DNA of 64,000 bases. It comes from the human T2T-CHM13v2.0 reference genome, Homo sapiens. Below, one piece after another: positions 60,027 through 64,000 of this stretch (the stretch's first letter is position 1; every line of letters begins with the position of its first letter). The position numbers were made by a program, and so were the translations under genes. The notes beneath the pieces are model-generated. The model was not told where the DNA came from and did not search any database. It saw only the letters and a list, made by a program, of their open reading frames with translations. The DNA lies in NCBI RefSeq assembly GCF_009914755.1, contig NC_060943.1. The stretch is one strand, 5' to 3'.

Positions 60027-60122
60027 CTGGATACCGTCTGCTTGTTTCTTTCCTTACAACCATCCAGGGCTCTTTCTCTTGCTCTAGTAACGTAATTACA
60101 TCTGGTTTAGAAATGGAACTTC
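60027..60122 (-). CDS. ZNF780A: ZNF780A KRAB-B exon (96 nt)
   Basis: Encodes (G)[31 protein letters not shown]; ttttaagcag| acceptor and |gtaagt donor. Confidence 0.95.
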
Positions 60123-61235
60123 CTGCTTAAAAGAAACGACACATGTAGAATTTTTTTAATACAGATTTTTTTTTTTCAAATCTTTGTGACCTGCTTAAAC
60201 TTACAATAAATTACAAGTCAAAACAATATTGAAAAGAGACTTCAGATAAGAGTGAGAGGTTGAGTAAGAGAACTCTTTTCTAACTATGTTAGAAAAGGAC
60301 TTCCTTTCATTTAAACTCAGAATCTTATCCCTTGAAAAGAGGTATAACTGAATGGTTGAGAGCAGGAAACTTCAATCCAGACTGCCAGGTTCAAATCCTA
60401 TCTCTGCTACTCACTAGCAGTATGACCTCAGGTAAGTCACTTAAACTCTGTCCTTCAGTTTTCCCAACTCTAAAATGGGGATGATACAATACCTATTTTA
60501 TAGGATTGATACTAAGACAAAATAAGTTATATATATGCAAAATACTTCTAACATTGCCTGATGTACAGTAGCACAAAGTCAAGAATTATTGTTTATTATT
60601 GTCATTTATTTTGCATCCTTAGACATTTATAGCTCACTCAGTATATTCACTAAATGAAAATACATAAACTCCATGGTCTGAAACTTTCAACTGCAAAACA
60701 ATGGAATGTTTATTGAAGGAAATGAAATGCATTCCCTTTAGTGTTAAATGAATTTCTGTCAACCCAATCAGTATACGTAAATAACAGACATTTTTGTTTG
60801 TTTGTTTTTGGTTTTGAGACAGGGTCTCGGTCTATTGCCCAGGCTGGAGTGCAGTGATGGGTACAGCTCACTGCAGCCTCAACCTCCCAGTGATCATAGA
60901 GGTTTCTCTGATAGAAAAATTCAAGACACTCTTCTCCTTACAGATGGGTTAGAAAAACAAAAACAAACCAACAAACAGAAAATCTACAGTAATTCTGAGA
61001 TCAAACATAATATGAAATCTGGTTCTTAGACAATATCTTTCAATGAATGTACAAGATTTCAAATTCAGCCCCATGGTCATGAAGAGAGAGGCAATTACAG
61101 AGAGGACCAGCGTAACGAAGGAGGCCATTGTGGAGTAGGCAAGATGCAGGGGCTCCAGGGAGGTGCCTGTTTTCAACCCAACAAATCCCAATCCATTCCT
61201 TTGGGAACAAGAAGAAGGAATTCAGCCACCTCTTA

Positions 61236-61896
<661 letters not shown>

Positions 61897-62015
61897 GGTG
61901 GCATACAATTAAAGAATGTTCTTAATCCTCAAGTTCATTATGGTATGAGATGACAGCAAAAGTATTTTTTCTTGTCATGACAACTGATTTTTATAAGCTG
62001 CATTAAAGTCAATAG

Positions 62016-62425
<410 letters not shown>

Positions 62426-62951
62426 TAATCACCTATCATTCATGCCCTGAATTATCTTCTCCCTGCTACTGCCCACTGTCCTCACCTATCATTTTCCTAA
62501 AAGCCTCATAAAGCAGATCACCTTGTCACACTTGCAGACTGAGGCTACTCACTATGGAATTCTACCTTAGCTACCTGGAAAGCTCTAGTCTGTAAAGTTT
62601 CAAAGTGTTCCCAAGTGTGGTCAATCATCTGTAACTTATCAAACCCATAAGACCCTGTTTCCCTGTGGGGACTGATTCCTCCACTGTTCCAATATTCTTC
62701 CTGACCAAGGTCTGAGCACAGAGCACAGACTGAATAACTTTTTCAAAGAAAACATCAAAGCCAGTAGGAAACAGAGGTACAAATAGGAAGAGCAGTGACT
62801 TTTTTTTTTTTTGTCACCAACCTTCACTGTAATGGGACAAACTGGGGTGTAAGATCGTGAATTCTAGGTACGAAGCTTCAGGTTAAATAATAACAGTCAC
62901 CTAACCTGAAAGTCACCATATTTCAAGGAAAAGAGAGAAATACAAACTTAC

Positions 62952-62960
62952 ATGGACCAT
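62952..62960 (-). CDS. ZNF780A: ZNF780A first coding segment (MVH) in exon 62952-63005
   Basis: Paralogous to 28532-28585; ATG GTC CAT|gtaagt. Confidence 0.9.
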
Positions 62961-63806
62961 GTTGCTAGAATTACAAAACTGGTCAATCTTCCTCGGGCTT
63001 CTCCCCTGGAAAACAACAACAACAAAAAGGCCACAATTAAAGCTGTGTCTCAAAAGCAAATAACTATTTTATCCTCCGTTCCTATTTCTCAACTACTCCT
63101 GCTAACACGCACACTTCCACCCTTCTCCCATCACTCCCCTTGCCCCCACACACACTCTCTCACAAATAGCTGGCAGTGAACGGGTGGAGTAGGGATGAAA
63201 CCAAGCTCTCGCCTGCATCCCAGGGAACCTGCGGCAGAAGCATGAATGCCGAGCACAGGCATTTCTGCCTTGAAGTTGTGGCTTCCAGCCAGTCCTCCAT
63301 TCTTGGGATACCTATCTTGGCCTAGGTCTGGACCTCTGATCCTGCCCTTAGCAGATCCTCCTCCCCCAGTCCCACCTTTCAGAGCTGAGAAGGGATTGCA
63401 TCATCCAAACCAGAACCTCTTTGTGAAATCAGGATTGGGTGCAGTGGGGGAAGGCATGAGAACTGGAAAGCATATTTGCACTGGCAGTGTTTGCACCAAA
63501 TTGCACTGACAGTGTTCAGCATTCTAAATTCAGCAAAAGCCAGTTGGTTAATACAGTTCAGAACATCCACTTAATAGAATACAAAGTAAATATTAAACGT
63601 TCAAGATATATGATTAACAGAAAAATCAGGTTACAAAACAGGATAGATAATATGATTACATTTGTAAAATATATGTATATAGAAATACTAATAAAAAGAC
63701 TAACAGACATTAATAGAAAAAAATTTAGAAAATTATATACATGTTAAGAGTTCTCCTCTGTGTATTGTAGCTCCAATTTTCTTCTTTTTGCTTAAGAGCA
63801 TTTCAT

Positions 63807-64000
63807 GGCCGGGCACGGTGGCTCACACTTGTAATCCCAGCACTTTGGGAGGCTGAGGCAGGCAGATCACGAGGTCAGGAGATCGAGACCAACCTGGCCA
63901 ACATGGTGATACCTCGTCTCTACTAAAAATACAAAAATTAGCTGGGTGTGGTGGTGCATGCCTATAATCCCAGCTACTCAGGAGGCTGAGGCATGAGAAT
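63807..64000 (+). mobile_element. AluS, cut by the window edge
   Basis: GGCCGGGCACGGTGG start. Confidence 0.88.

Overview
Primate, almost certainly human, genomic DNA from a KRAB zinc-finger cluster. It contains two tandemly duplicated minus-strand paralogues. ZNF780B is complete (CpG-rich promoter ~34.4 kb, 4 coding exons, 833 aa, ~23 fingers). ZNF780A has all 4 coding exons (641 aa, 17 fingers), but its first exon lies beyond the right edge. Gene names come from my recognition of the proteins, not a database search. In both genes a frameshift cuts the finger array short, leaving ~1 kb of fossil fingers in the 3' UTR. The window also holds a 3'-truncated PATL1 processed pseudogene with an extra 74-nt exon-like insert, and a full-length L1PA3/4 in ZNF780B intron 4. 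It further holds an L1-mobilised HERV-W processed pseudogene downstream of ZNF780A, MST LTRs, DNA-transposon fossils, old L1s and ~20 Alus. The two duplicon copies act as each other's empty-site controls, which orders many events. I see no wholly new biological system. The most unusual signals are the PATL1 retrocopy's extra exon, the HERV-W retrocopy, finger-array remodelling between paralogues, and possible LTR-terminated KRAB-only isoforms.
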